In this document: positions 28,912 through 39,202 of the stretch, in pieces
Layout: each line of letters begins with the position of its first letter
Position numbering within the stretch: the stretch's first letter is position 1
Sequence record: MG655267.1
Strand: one strand, 5' to 3'
Length of the DNA stretch: 64,000 nt
The notes under the pieces: model-generated
Database searches by the model: none
What the model was told of the DNA's origin: nothing
The model's input: the letters and a program-made list of their open reading frames with translations, nothing else
Program-made: the position numbers and the translations under genes

Positions 28912-31107
28912 ATGATCCTCTATGCGAACGATTGGATTAAATACCAAACCCAACCGCATGTGCATTATGAAACCCGTAACGATTCCTTTCGTCAGATGGC
29001 ATCCAAGTATCATGAGATGGGTGTTAAGAACTGTCTGTTCCATCTGTCGTTGTTCAACCGCACATTGATCGGGGTAGATCCACACAGCCCGAACTTAACG
29101 CCTGAACAGAAAGCGGCTATCGCGATCGAGTGCACGCAGAACTTTTGGTATTTTATCCGTGAGGTTATACGCATACCCGTAAAAGGGGTAGAAGGCGGTA
29201 TCAGTTATATCGCCAACCGCGGTAACCTTGCGCTCTCCTGGCTCTACCTGTGTCACATCGACACCTTCTTAATTCAGCCACGTCAGACCGGTAAGTCGGT
29301 CTCGACGGACTGTGTGATGTTGTGGTTGATCTATTTCGGTTCTTTGAAGAACACCTACTCGCTGATTACCAAAGGCGACTTGCGTGCAGAGAACATCAAG
29401 CGTATTAAAAGCATGCGTGACATGCTGCCGCCGTATCTGATTGTACGGGACAAGAAAGACCCGGATAACTCAGAGTGGATCGGGTATGCCAAACTCGGGA
29501 ACGTTTACAAGGCGGCAATTGCCCAGGGTAACGAGACCGCAGCCAACAACCTTGGTCGTGGTATTACCACGGCCACCATCCACATCGATGAAGGCCCGTT
29601 CCTTTCGTTTATCGACATCACGGTTCCGGCGGCGCTGAACGCCACAACCAACGCCCGTCGTTACGCTGAGATGAACGGCACGCCCCACGGCAACATCTTT
29701 ACTACAACAGCCGGTCGACGCGACTCCCGTGAAGGTAAATACTTCTACGGCATTCTGCAGAAAGCCGCCACCTGGTCAGAGATCTATCTGGACTGTGTTG
29801 ACTTTAATGAACTGTCTGAGCTCATCATGAGTAACAGCGGGTCAGCAGCACCGGCGGTGAACATCACCATGTCGCACCGACAACTGGGGTACACTGACGA
29901 ATGGCTGCGTAAAGTTATTGCCCAGAACCAGAACACCAAAGACTCCGCGGAACGTGACTATCTGAACCGTTGGACGTCAGGTAACTTGACTTCGCCTTTA
30001 TCCATTGCACTCAACGAAAAGGTTACGGCCTCGATGCGTGAAGTGGTATGGGAGGAGATCACCCGTCAGAAGTTCATTATCCGTTGGTATATTTCCAAGC
30101 GTGATGTGGAGGCGAACAAAACGCTGACGCACTATGTCATTGGGATGGATACCTCCGATGCCACCACCACCGGCGATGGGATCACTGTGGTGATTCGTGA
30201 TATCCGTGACATGGGTGTGGTCGGTGTCATGAACTTCCGTAACACTAACCTGGTTCCGGTATCCCAGATGGTGGCTGAACTGCTGATCACGCATGTCAAC
30301 TCCACCTTGGTTATCGAACGTAACCGCGCACAAGGTCTGATCGATCACCTGTTGATCGAACTGCCGAAACGGGGCATTGATCCCTTCAAGCGTATCTACA
30401 ACACGCTGGTCAATGACCAAACAGTGCGCCGGGCTGAGTTCATGGAACTTACCCAAACCAATCTCGGTCAGCGTACACAAGAGTTCTACGATTCCAAACG
30501 TACCTGCTTTGGTTTCTGGACAGGGGCACAAACCCGTTCGTTACTGTACGGTACGGTTCTGCAAGAGTCCGCTAAACAAACCGGTTACCTGGTGCGTGAT
30601 GCCGAACTCATTAGTCAGATCACCGGCCTGGTTGCGAAGAACTCGCGTGTCGACCATAAGTCAAACTCCCACGATGACCTCGTGATTGCCTGGCTTCTGA
30701 CCTACTGGTTTATCACTGAAGCCCGACACCATGATTTCTACGGCATCAACACCGGACAAGTCATGTCGGTTAAAGAGCGTACCCAAACCTTCAGTCCGCA
30801 AGAAGAGGCGTGGCTGGATCAACAGGAACGCTATCGTGAAGAGTTGGCCGAAATTATGGAACAACTCAAATCAACCTCAAACCCAATGCTACTTGCTCGT
30901 CTTGAGAAGAAACTTGTGTTTGTGAAATCGAAGATCGTCGCCACTGACGAAGCTGCCGTGACGGTCGATCAGTTATTGCAAGAAGCGAAAGAAGCGCGTG
31001 CACTGAAGGCGCGTACTGAACGTGTCAATAATTCACCGCTCCGTCGCAACATGGGTTACCGGCCACCAAGTGCGCGTCGTGCGTACGCTGGCGCTGGATT
31101 CTTCTAA
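28912..31107 (+). CDS. terL: Terminase large subunit
   Basis: Walker A PRQTGKS, Walker B IHIDEGPF, RNase H-like nuclease motifs YVIGMDTS and HDDLVIAW. Confidence 0.95.
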   Translation: MILYANDWIKYQTQPHVHYETRNDSFRQMASKYHEMGVKNCLFHLSLFNRTLIGVDPHSPNLTPEQKAAIAIECTQNFWYFIREVIRIPVKGVEGGISYIANRGNLALSWLYLCHIDTFLIQPRQTGKSVSTDCVMLWLIYFGSLKNTYSLITKGDLRAENIKRIKSMRDMLPPYLIVRDKKDPDNSEWIGYAKLGNVYKAAIAQGNETAANNLGRGITTATIHIDEGPFLSFIDITVPAALNATTNARRYAEMNGTPHGNIFTTTAGRRDSREGKYFYGILQKAATWSEIYLDCVDFNELSELIMSNSGSAAPAVNITMSHRQLGYTDEWLRKVIAQNQNTKDSAERDYLNRWTSGNLTSPLSIALNEKVTASMREVVWEEITRQKFIIRWYISKRDVEANKTLTHYVIGMDTSDATTTGDGITVVIRDIRDMGVVGVMNFRNTNLVPVSQMVAELLITHVNSTLVIERNRAQGLIDHLLIELPKRGIDPFKRIYNTLVNDQTVRRAEFMELTQTNLGQRTQEFYDSKRTCFGFWTGAQTRSLLYGTVLQESAKQTGYLVRDAELISQITGLVAKNSRVDHKSNSHDDLVIAWLLTYWFITEARHHDFYGINTGQVMSVKERTQTFSPQEEAWLDQQERYREELAEIMEQLKSTSNPMLLARLEKKLVFVKSKIVATDEAAVTVDQLLQEAKEARALKARTERVNNSPLRRNMGYRPPSARRAYAGAGFF

Positions 31108-31151
31108 CCCGCTTGTACATTGTGACATAGTTCACTAACTATATAAGGGCT

Positions 31152-31484
31152 ATGTCACAATCCAATCGCGAGGTAATCATGGTGGACCCGAAAGAGCTAG
31201 AAGTCCTGATGGGTTTAATCCGGCAATTAGAGCACTCGCCTTTGCCGCAGAACCCATCCAACATTTTGCAAGAAGGGATGTCCGAACTGGGCGATCGAAT
31301 CATTAATAAGATCCGTCGTCACGTTACCGGTCCTTATGGTTATACCAATGCAGATTTTGTCAGTGTAATGCAGGCGCACGGTTACAGTGTGCTTCCGCTA
31401 CTGCAGGATCTGGTTTGCCCGACTTTATATGGACTACCCACCACCAAAGGGATGATTCAGGTTAAGCCGATGCATATGCACTAA
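31152..31484 (+). CDS. Hypothetical protein (110 aa)
   Basis: ORF with an AAGGG RBS, ending before a bidirectional terminator. Confidence 0.65.
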   Translation: MSQSNREVIMVDPKELEVLMGLIRQLEHSPLPQNPSNILQEGMSELGDRIINKIRRHVTGPYGYTNADFVSVMQAHGYSVLPLLQDLVCPTLYGLPTTKGMIQVKPMHMH

Positions 31485-31498
31485 CCTGAACTTGATCA

Positions 31499-31535
31499 GC
31501 ATAAGGAGAGGGCAAACGCCCTCTCCTCTATGCCG
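31499..31535. terminator. Bidirectional terminator
   Basis: GCATA-AGGAGAGGGC-AAAC-GCCCTCTCCT-CTATGCCG between convergent genes. Confidence 0.85.
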
Positions 31536-31561
31536 ATTAAAAATCGAGTCGTGCTGATCAG

Positions 31562-32002
31562 TTACTCTGCCGGAGCCGGCTGAGGGGCTGGATCGTTTGG
31601 TGCACCTACAGGCGGCTCACCGGCAGGCTGTGGTTGTGGATCTGGTTTAGGATCAGAACCCGGAACCGTAGGCGGTGGATTACTTTCAGTACCCGCGCCC
31701 AGCTCACCTTCTTCGTGTGCTTCTTCTTTTGCCTGCAGCAGCTGCAAACCTTCAATACCGTTGGAGAGTTTGGCAATCAAGGTATCAATACCTTCCATAC
31801 CGGAACCAACTGTAAAGATGTCAGGGTACTTGGCAGCCATGCCAGATTGAATCAGGTTACCGGTAGGGTAATCCATAGACTCTAAGCCGGCATTGACGAA
31901 GCCTGTCTTGTATTGACACAGCGCATCCAGGTCGGCCTTGAGTTCTTCAATCCCTGCACCGATATCAATCGGCTTACCCGACTTGGTCGTTAGGATAGTC
32001 AT
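31562..32002 (-). CDS. Probable internal head protein; propeptide paralog of 32065-33030 with a Pro-rich tail
   Basis: Repeated G-x-E sites (AGIEE, AGLES, SGMEG, NGIEG, AGTES); its N-terminal ~75 aa align by eye with the neighbouring gene. Confidence 0.7.
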   Translation of the reverse strand: MTILTTKSGKPIDIGAGIEELKADLDALCQYKTGFVNAGLESMDYPTGNLIQSGMAAKYPDIFTVGSGMEGIDTLIAKLSNGIEGLQLLQAKEEAHEEGELGAGTESNPPPTVPGSDPKPDPQPQPAGEPPVGAPNDPAPQPAPAE

Positions 32003-32064
32003 GTTTAAACCTCTCTATTATAAAAAAGGAGGGCCAAAGCCCACCACATATATATTAGCCACTT

Positions 32065-33030
32065 TTACTTAATAGAGGCCAAGATAACTGCTTCGAGTGC
32101 TTTTGCAACCGAGAGCAGGTTCTTAGCTGCTTCTTCTGCAATGTCCGATACCGGGAACGTCAACATTTCCCAGTGAGTGCGGTCGTACAGCGCGTCTGAC
32201 AGATCTTCACTGGCGATACCATCATAGTCGCCGATATCACTCAGACCACAGTTGATGCGCAGATCTTCAGCAACCTCTTCCATCTGGTTACCGTGGTCAA
32301 ACAGATCGAGAATCAGCAGACCGGCTTTCGTTAAGTTTTCTTTGCTTAGTGCAAAGATCTTATCGTTGTCGCCTTCCAGCTTATACGTTGGGAGTGTGCG
32401 GTTGATTGACTTACCCGGTCTTTCAGGCAGGGCTTTGACCAGGTCAGCTTTCACCGCAGACGCTGTTTCTTCAGTGGCGCTTTTGGCTTTGGCAATGAAA
32501 GGTTTAACTTTCGCCCAGTAATCCTTGGTTTCTTTTGCGCTGGCATTGACCGCGTCTTTGTTGAACTTAACGAGATCATTGATCTTTGCAACAATCTCAT
32601 CGTAGTCTTTAGCGCCGCCGATCAGTTTAACAATAGGGGCGATAGACACACTGCCTTTGGCACCGGTTTGTGCTTCTGCCCATTTTGGGTCAGCGTAGGT
32701 TTTCTTCACCTCGTTGATCACCGCCATGGTTTGCTTTTCAATAACCGGCTTAGCTTTGCCGCGCGCTAGCTTCTTCAGACCAGCAATGCCTTTTTTCAGG
32801 CTTTCGATCAAACTACCGATACCTTCAATGCCGCTGCCAAGCTGAAAGGCCTGTGGGTACTTAGCCGCCATACCAGACTGGATCAACAATCCGGTTGGGT
32901 TATCCATCGACTCCATACCCGCATTAACAAAACCATGACGGTATTGCTCTAACATCTTGACATCTGCCTGCAGTTCTTCCATACCGGCGCGCAGAAGATG
33001 AAGTTTAATAAATGAATCAGTAATAAGCAT
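32065..33030 (-). CDS. Probable internal head (ejection) protein with a cleavable propeptide
   Basis: N-terminal AGMEE, AGMES and SGIEG sites, followed by a Lys/Ala-rich helical mature region. Confidence 0.7.
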   Translation of the reverse strand: MLITDSFIKLHLLRAGMEELQADVKMLEQYRHGFVNAGMESMDNPTGLLIQSGMAAKYPQAFQLGSGIEGIGSLIESLKKGIAGLKKLARGKAKPVIEKQTMAVINEVKKTYADPKWAEAQTGAKGSVSIAPIVKLIGGAKDYDEIVAKINDLVKFNKDAVNASAKETKDYWAKVKPFIAKAKSATEETASAVKADLVKALPERPGKSINRTLPTYKLEGDNDKIFALSKENLTKAGLLILDLFDHGNQMEEVAEDLRINCGLSDIGDYDGIASEDLSDALYDRTHWEMLTFPVSDIAEEAAKNLLSVAKALEAVILASIK

Positions 33031-33039
33031 GATTAACCT

Positions 33040-34389
33040 TTACGAAGTATAATGTTGCATGGAGAGCGCACGGATAATAACATACAGGAACACCCCAACG
33101 CGCACCGTGGCGATTGTTGCAGGGGCTTTAATGCCAGTGGCGATCTTCACCAGTTCATCTCCTGCTTCACGCATCTTCAGCACCGATGCATTGGAGGTTC
33201 GACTGGAGCGATAGGCACCGCGCATTTTGGACACCACATCTGGGAAGTCATTCAGACGCAGGTTCTTCTGGCTGATGTACTCAAACAGATGCTGGATGGT
33301 TTCTGACAACAGCTCGTCAATTACCCCGTCTTTATCATAGCGGTAGTTCTGCGAGATAAACTTCAGGGTATCCGAGAGCGGTTTCTCGGGGATAGTGTTG
33401 TTGGAGCGCACCACCATCTCCAGGAGCTCAGGGCGATACCAGTCTGACTCAACCCCGACGATGTTCTTGATGTAGCGCACATACTTGGTTACCGTCTTCT
33501 CGACATCACGGATATGCTTGACCCCATCGAGTTCGACGGTGTTCTTGCCTTCTACCACTAACGCTTCTTTGAGCTTCACGGTGTGAAAGACATTGTTGAT
33601 TGAATTGACCACATCACGCAGACGGTCCTGCACATCCCCCACCATGTAGACCACGGCTTTGTCATCTACCATGCGCACATAGGTTTCGTAGTGAATACCG
33701 GTGCCTTTGGTGATGATGGATTTCGAACGCGCATCGATCAATGCACCCCAGGAACCGTAGACCTTTAAGTCAAACTTCTTCGAAAGTTGCTTATAGGTTT
33801 CCATGGCCACGGACTTGTTGGCCGGGTAGGGGTAATCGTGGTTCAGAATAGATGACAGGTTTTTGTAGTGGAAGATGCGCACCACATTCATCTTCGACTC
33901 TTCGATCTCCGCAGGTGATAACCCAACCGCTTCGTTGTGCAGGATGTGTAACAAGTACGGCATGCACTGGTTAAACATATCGCCGGTGACGTGGAACTTC
34001 GGGTTAACGAATTGGGTACCGTGGACATCGGCAGTCAGATCCACTTCATCGCAATCCATGATCGTATCAAACCACTCGTTACGATCTGATACAGTAAACT
34101 TGATCGGATATACCCCAATCAGGTTAGAACCAAAGAAGTCGATATGGTCCTGATTCTTGGTACGAAACCGACTGGCGTATTTGGCCAGGTTCAGGGCTAA
34201 GGCTTTATCGGCAACGAGCGTAGGGCAGTTCTTTTTGAATGCCTCTTTGATCGTCATGCCATTACCGGGACCAAATCCTAAGGCTTCCAAACCTGCGGCT
34301 ACATGAGCATAGCCCCGACTGTAATCGATTTCATCCTGGATCAGCCGGTTGTCAAACGGGAAGAACCCGGTCAAGAGGCTAGCTAACAT
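33040..34389 (-). CDS. Conserved phiKZ-like protein (gp32-like), probably virion-associated
   Basis: 449 aa helical ORF with an N-terminal AGLEA site; the family assignment rests on recalled synteny. Confidence 0.55.
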   Translation of the reverse strand: MLASLLTGFFPFDNRLIQDEIDYSRGYAHVAAGLEALGFGPGNGMTIKEAFKKNCPTLVADKALALNLAKYASRFRTKNQDHIDFFGSNLIGVYPIKFTVSDRNEWFDTIMDCDEVDLTADVHGTQFVNPKFHVTGDMFNQCMPYLLHILHNEAVGLSPAEIEESKMNVVRIFHYKNLSSILNHDYPYPANKSVAMETYKQLSKKFDLKVYGSWGALIDARSKSIITKGTGIHYETYVRMVDDKAVVYMVGDVQDRLRDVVNSINNVFHTVKLKEALVVEGKNTVELDGVKHIRDVEKTVTKYVRYIKNIVGVESDWYRPELLEMVVRSNNTIPEKPLSDTLKFISQNYRYDKDGVIDELLSETIQHLFEYISQKNLRLNDFPDVVSKMRGAYRSSRTSNASVLKMREAGDELVKIATGIKAPATIATVRVGVFLYVIIRALSMQHYTS

Positions 34390-34423
34390 AATGGTTCCTT
34401 AATATTGAAGATATTGTCAAACC

Positions 34424-34431
34424 TATATTAT
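34424..34431 (+). promoter_or_regulatory. Early promoter-like box TATATTAT
   Basis: Near-consensus box in the AT-rich divergent gap upstream of 34470. Confidence 0.55.
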
Positions 34432-34469
34432 CCATCTGGTAGAACATTAACTAATCAAGGACATTGGTC

Positions 34470-35327
34470 ATGAAAGTATTAACCTTAAGTGAATTCGCTG
34501 AATTCCTGAACACCACATCGGGCACTGATCAACTGCAGTTTGCCGTCATTCCCGGACAAGTCATGACAGGTGATAACAACATCACCATCTTTGCCAAACG
34601 TGAACAGGGGGTGAACTACCTGCTCGAGCACACTTACAGTAAACCGGTAAATGTGGTTGAGATCACCGACCCGAAAGTCAGTGCAGTTATTACCGCCGCT
34701 TGTCAGGATGACGAGGCGGATTGCGTACTGGCGTTCAACATGAAGTTCGACAGTATCGCTGAACTCATCCCGGCGCATGAACTGTCAGTAAAAGAATCGA
34801 TCAGCGTGTTCGCCAGTAAGTTGGTTGAGAAGCTGGCGGTAACAACCCCAGTGGTTTGCCGTGCAATTGACACCACCACACTCGTGCCCCGTAATGGGCT
34901 CGACTTGGTGCTCAGTGCGGCACACTGCATAAACCTCTCATTGATCGCGTATCAGTGGGAAGGGGAAACCGTCGTCGTCATTGGAAAAGGCTTTAAGGAA
35001 GAAGTGGTACTGGACCTGGTGCGTTTTGATGCCGAGAAGCGTCATGCGTTCTTCTCCGGAATCGTGGCAGGGAAGCCCATCTATCAGCGCGTGGTCATCG
35101 ATGAAGTGATGTTCAAAGGCGACCGGGCTTTCTTGAAGTGGGTCTCGTGCAATAACGTCGATGCCAGTAAAGGCGGGTCATTGTGGTGGGTGCGTCACAT
35201 GGGTGTCTCGTTACATGACGAGAGCAACAGCCTGACCTTGAAAAACCCGCACATCTCCATCCGCGGTCAGCTCGACAAAATCCCTGACGAATACGACTTC
35301 GTCAATAACCGTAACGTCATTCTCTAA
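34470..35327 (+). CDS. Hypothetical protein (~285 aa)
   Basis: AAGGAC RBS; long ORF. Confidence 0.75.
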   Translation: MKVLTLSEFAEFLNTTSGTDQLQFAVIPGQVMTGDNNITIFAKREQGVNYLLEHTYSKPVNVVEITDPKVSAVITAACQDDEADCVLAFNMKFDSIAELIPAHELSVKESISVFASKLVEKLAVTTPVVCRAIDTTTLVPRNGLDLVLSAAHCINLSLIAYQWEGETVVVIGKGFKEEVVLDLVRFDAEKRHAFFSGIVAGKPIYQRVVIDEVMFKGDRAFLKWVSCNNVDASKGGSLWWVRHMGVSLHDESNSLTLKNPHISIRGQLDKIPDEYDFVNNRNVIL

Positions 35328-35336
35328 GAGGCAGTC

Positions 35337-35810
35337 ATGATTCCAACAAAAGCGCGTTTTGTAAAAGACATCACTGCGGTGCTCGAACACCACCAGGTCG
35401 AAGACACCACTGTGCGGGTCTTTGAAACACAAGCCGGTAAACCTTTCCACCTGGCGATTGAAGCAGGTGTCTCGGGCGAGATCACGGACTATTTGGTGAT
35501 CAACAACAACTATGCCAAAGAGATGGTTGTTGCCTGGTTGCGTAACACCTCCGTCAATGTCTGGCCATACAGCGAAATGGACTATTCGCAAGAAGGGGTC
35601 ATCAAAGCGATTATCAAAGTAGATGATCCAAGCTTTGGTGATCAAGATTACAAAGTCGCCCATTATGTCCGTGCGGCTCTGCGCTCTGCCATCAAACATG
35701 GCGATAACGTCTGGTTGTCTACCAAAGCCGGTGCATTGCCAAGTGCCGGTACTGCATCGGGTACTATCGGGGCATCTGGCCCAGTCAGTCAAACCCGCGC
35801 TCCACTGTAA
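35337..35810 (+). CDS. Hypothetical protein (157 aa)
   Basis: AGAGG RBS. Confidence 0.75.
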   Translation: MIPTKARFVKDITAVLEHHQVEDTTVRVFETQAGKPFHLAIEAGVSGEITDYLVINNNYAKEMVVAWLRNTSVNVWPYSEMDYSQEGVIKAIIKVDDPSFGDQDYKVAHYVRAALRSAIKHGDNVWLSTKAGALPSAGTASGTIGASGPVSQTRAPL

Positions 35811-35842
35811 GTTCACCCATTAACCTTTAGTAAGGATTTATC

Positions 35843-37102
35843 ATGCAACAGTCAACTTCCCTCGGCGCTCTGCTGGACCACGCTTACCGTATGGGTGACA
35901 TTCACCTGATCATTCGTGTGGGCGAACTCGCCACCACTGTCGTTATCCCACACCGTAAAGCACGTCACGCCTGTATCGCGTTGCTGGAGTTCTTTGACCG
36001 CAATAAGGTACTGGTTCAGCGGGTACTGGATCGCAGCGGGAATACCATCGACATCACGCTGGATGATTTCCAACATGAAGCCACAATCCCGGGCTATGAT
36101 CGCGAGCACTACCTGAAGACCCTGACGCATCGGGTGGAAGCCATGGCTGCACCGGATGATGTTACTGAGCAGACAAACCAAAACGCAGGCATCTATAACC
36201 CACATGCTGGGTTTGAGAAAGCCGCGGCAAATGTTGCGCAGTTACTTACGTCAGAGCGGCGTTATGCGTTTGTCGATCACATCGGATCTGTGGTGGGTGA
36301 CGGTATGGTCCTGGTGCGTCGTAGCGACCTGCCAAGTAATGTCCAGAACGTAACAGAAATCACCGATCCACGCTGGCTCAGTATGTTGGTGGTGAACGAA
36401 GCTACTTTCGAACGTTTACCGACAGGGCGTGAAGTCTACGCCTATGCGCAGGCGACACGTCTGGGTGATTTGATCAATCTGCTGGGTGAAGAAGGTTTCG
36501 CTATCGATGGGATCAGTTATCCGTGGGTGCATATCGTACGCAAAACGGATGTGGTGCGTGATGCACGTTCAGTGGAGTGGGGTCAGGTTGCGGATGAACT
36601 GACTAACGCTGAAGGGCCAGTGGGTATTCGGCAGACATTAGGCTCTGGCGCGCCGAACCCGTTCCTTCATGAAGATGGGAGTGTGCGCGGGTTACTGTTC
36701 TCCGGTCGGCCACAGGGTTACCCAGAGCAACCAGCAACACCTGCTGAACCAGTCGTGACCAAGCTGGTCGAACACGGTATGACCCGTCAGTACGGGTCCG
36801 TGACTCCACCACGGACGGTAACCACCTCACCATTAGGTACACCGGCGAGTGTATCGAGTGAAGCGAAGTGGGCAGCAGCCATTGCTGCAGTAGTGGCAGA
36901 GGGTTATGAGTTCCGGGGTAGTAAGGAAGACATCAATCCTGAGTTGTTCAAGATTGCCTCAACGATGAGATACTGGGCAGGATGCCAGGGCAGTGATACT
37001 CTCCAGAAACGAGATGAGGTTGTCTCTACACCGGAGCTGATGATGCTGCTGGCAGGTAAGCCTTCTGGCAGTGAGATTGATCACGAAGAGAATGACGAAT
37101 AA
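35843..37102 (+). CDS. Hypothetical protein (419 aa)
   Basis: AAGGA RBS; followed by a terminator. Confidence 0.8.
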   Translation: MQQSTSLGALLDHAYRMGDIHLIIRVGELATTVVIPHRKARHACIALLEFFDRNKVLVQRVLDRSGNTIDITLDDFQHEATIPGYDREHYLKTLTHRVEAMAAPDDVTEQTNQNAGIYNPHAGFEKAAANVAQLLTSERRYAFVDHIGSVVGDGMVLVRRSDLPSNVQNVTEITDPRWLSMLVVNEATFERLPTGREVYAYAQATRLGDLINLLGEEGFAIDGISYPWVHIVRKTDVVRDARSVEWGQVADELTNAEGPVGIRQTLGSGAPNPFLHEDGSVRGLLFSGRPQGYPEQPATPAEPVVTKLVEHGMTRQYGSVTPPRTVTTSPLGTPASVSSEAKWAAAIAAVVAEGYEFRGSKEDINPELFKIASTMRYWAGCQGSDTLQKRDEVVSTPELMMLLAGKPSGSEIDHEENDE

Positions 37103-37110
37103 GTAAAGCT

Positions 37111-37152
37111 AGGCAGGAGGGGGCAACCTCTCCTGCTCTTTATGCTTTTTTA
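37111..37152 (+). terminator. Hairpin plus TTATGC and T-run
   Basis: GCAGGAGGGG-GCAA-CCTCTCCTGC, then TTATGC at 37140-37145 and TTTTTT. Confidence 0.8.
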
Positions 37153-37260
37153 ATTTTTGTCAAATATAGTATTATGCAATTCTAGTAATTAACGACACGG
37201 TAAAGTATACTTATAAGGAGAACAGGCCAGCAATGGGGGAAACCTTTAAGGATGGGGGCT

Positions 37261-37405
37261 TATGCTGATATATATTACAGACAGTATTAACAGTGATATA
37301 TTGAGTATATCAGCATACCGGTAAGTAGCCTTATAGCTGTCAATAATCATTATCTATTATAACCCAGAGAGAACACCCTCTTAGAACAAAGATATAATAG
37401 ATAAT
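37261..37405. repeat. Two perfect inverted repeats in an AT-rich intergenic region
   Basis: TATGCTGATATA (37261-72)/TATATCAGCATA (37306-17); ATTATCTATTATA (37349-61)/TATAATAGATAAT (37393-405). Confidence 0.8.
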
Positions 37406-37619
37406 CATTAACCTGTAATCGGATAAAAAAAAAACCGCGAAATTGAAACCGGGAGGCTGAAGCCTCCCTTTATGCTTGTTTAGTTTATCTTAGTAATTCA
37501 TGACTAGAGTGGCTAACAGTATGAAAGTATTTAAATCTTTCACCCGAGCTAAGGGTAACGTAGAGGTTTAGATATATGCTGATTAAATTTTAATTAAGAT
37601 TAAGAGAAGGATCGTTATC

Positions 37620-38045
37620 ATGACAGATCTCAACAAAGACAACTTAATGAAACCCGGGGATGTGAAAGCCTTGTTTGCCAATAACGAGCATGTCAATCTC
37701 CCGACGTTAGTCAGTGAAGTCCGTGGGTTGTTTACCCTGTTATGCAATGAACCCGAGAATGCTCGCTTCTTGTGGTTTCCAGATCATGCTTCGGTGCTCT
37801 CCTGGGTGGGGCAATTCAGTGTACAGTTGAAAGTCTATTTCAGCGGTGAGATTGAAGTGAGCATCAATACCGAGTTGGGAGCGTCAGTGATTGGTCAGGA
37901 ACGGGCGAATGCGTTGGTGTTTGTTGATCGTATCTTACCCCTTACGGGTTACTACGCGAATATCACCCATTGGCCTGCAAAAGAGGGGCACGGTGAGATC
38001 ATCCTGATCCAGTACTTACTGAAGGCGCCGTCAGCTGACGTGTAG
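37620..38045 (+). CDS. Hypothetical protein (141 aa)
   Basis: GAAGGA RBS. Confidence 0.75.
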   Translation: MTDLNKDNLMKPGDVKALFANNEHVNLPTLVSEVRGLFTLLCNEPENARFLWFPDHASVLSWVGQFSVQLKVYFSGEIEVSINTELGASVIGQERANALVFVDRILPLTGYYANITHWPAKEGHGEIILIQYLLKAPSADV

Positions 38046-38116
38046 GGTTATAACTATGGGTGATTCCGTCCTTGAGTCACACCACTCAACCTGCACACGG
38101 CCGAGACATACGCACT

Positions 38117-38455
38117 ATGATAACACAACCCAATGTCAGATTAACCCCCGAGGACACGCAATACCGAATCTACCTGGCAAATGACTTAGGTCTGGATTCC
38201 AGCCCGATGCTCCATCTGGAGTGGGAAAAAGGACGTAATGAGTATTTAATTGGAGACCTCATCCTGGCGCGCCAAGGTGATCATTTTCTCCTGTCGATCA
38301 AAAGCTGTCGTCGTAAAACTGTCATCGCTTCTGCCAAAGTTTTAGATAACGGCTCAGTGGGTATTTATCTAAACCAGTGCTTTAGCAACATGGCCAACAA
38401 AGCAGAATTGGTGTTGAGTTTACGCGACGCTGTGACGCGATACCTCTACTGTTAG
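38117..38455 (+). CDS. Hypothetical protein (~112 aa)
   Basis: ORF; start uncertain (GTG 38060 or ATG 38117). Confidence 0.6.
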   Translation: MITQPNVRLTPEDTQYRIYLANDLGLDSSPMLHLEWEKGRNEYLIGDLILARQGDHFLLSIKSCRRKTVIASAKVLDNGSVGIYLNQCFSNMANKAELVLSLRDAVTRYLYC

Positions 38456-38563
38456 TCGTCGTATATCTTATGAAATAGACTCCTTCGCCCGCCTCCTTCT
38501 TCCTGAGGGTCGTGGGTTGAAGGGTCTATGCCGATCGATATGTAATCTAATAAATTTTGTATC

Positions 38564-38571
38564 TATATTAC
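38564..38571 (+). promoter_or_regulatory. Early promoter box TATATTAC
   Basis: Exact consensus about 30 nt after a hairpin ending in CTATGCCG (38526-33). Confidence 0.7.
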
Positions 38572-38644
38572 GAATAGGTAATTGTTGGCCAACAACATGA
38601 CAGCATTTTTATGACTGTCTTATTAACCCCTCGGAGTTGCTTCT

Positions 38645-39190
38645 ATGATGAACGAAGATTTTGTCGGTACTGGTACGTATTACAAGACCGCTGTTGAACA
38701 ACCAGCTGTACCGACCGTGCCGGCAAGTGATGCACAGATCGTCGAGTCAAGCACCAAGTTTGAAGCATGGTTAGCCTCCGTGGGTTGGCCGGCATGCAAA
38801 CGCCCGCGCAGCTACCCGGCGGTAGTGACTCTTTATAAAGGGAAGGCATCCACCTTTACTGCCATTGAGATCAATACCCGTACCCGCTACTACCTGGCGA
38901 TCCAGCGCATCGCGGCAAACTATGCACACCTGGTCAAAGCCGAGCCGAACAAACGTCACCGGATCATCTTGCGGGGTTCATTACTGACCAGCCGTATGGA
39001 TGGACGGGTCGCAGTGGTACTGGCTGATCAAGATGTCACTGACCTGGTCGTGGGTATCGCCTACAACAAAGTCAGTGTCGTGTTTAATCCACAATCGTTC
39101 ATCAACGCCATAGAGGACATCGATAACAGCTTTCGCAATCAAAACAAATGGAGCTGGTCGATTGGGCTGGAGATTGTGACATCCCGTTAG
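38645..39190 (+). CDS. Hypothetical protein (181 aa)
   Basis: GGAG RBS; downstream of the promoter box. Confidence 0.75.
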   Translation: MMNEDFVGTGTYYKTAVEQPAVPTVPASDAQIVESSTKFEAWLASVGWPACKRPRSYPAVVTLYKGKASTFTAIEINTRTRYYLAIQRIAANYAHLVKAEPNKRHRIILRGSLLTSRMDGRVAVVLADQDVTDLVVGIAYNKVSVVFNPQSFINAIEDIDNSFRNQNKWSWSIGLEIVTSR

Positions 39191-39202
39191 TAGGAATTGG
39201 TC

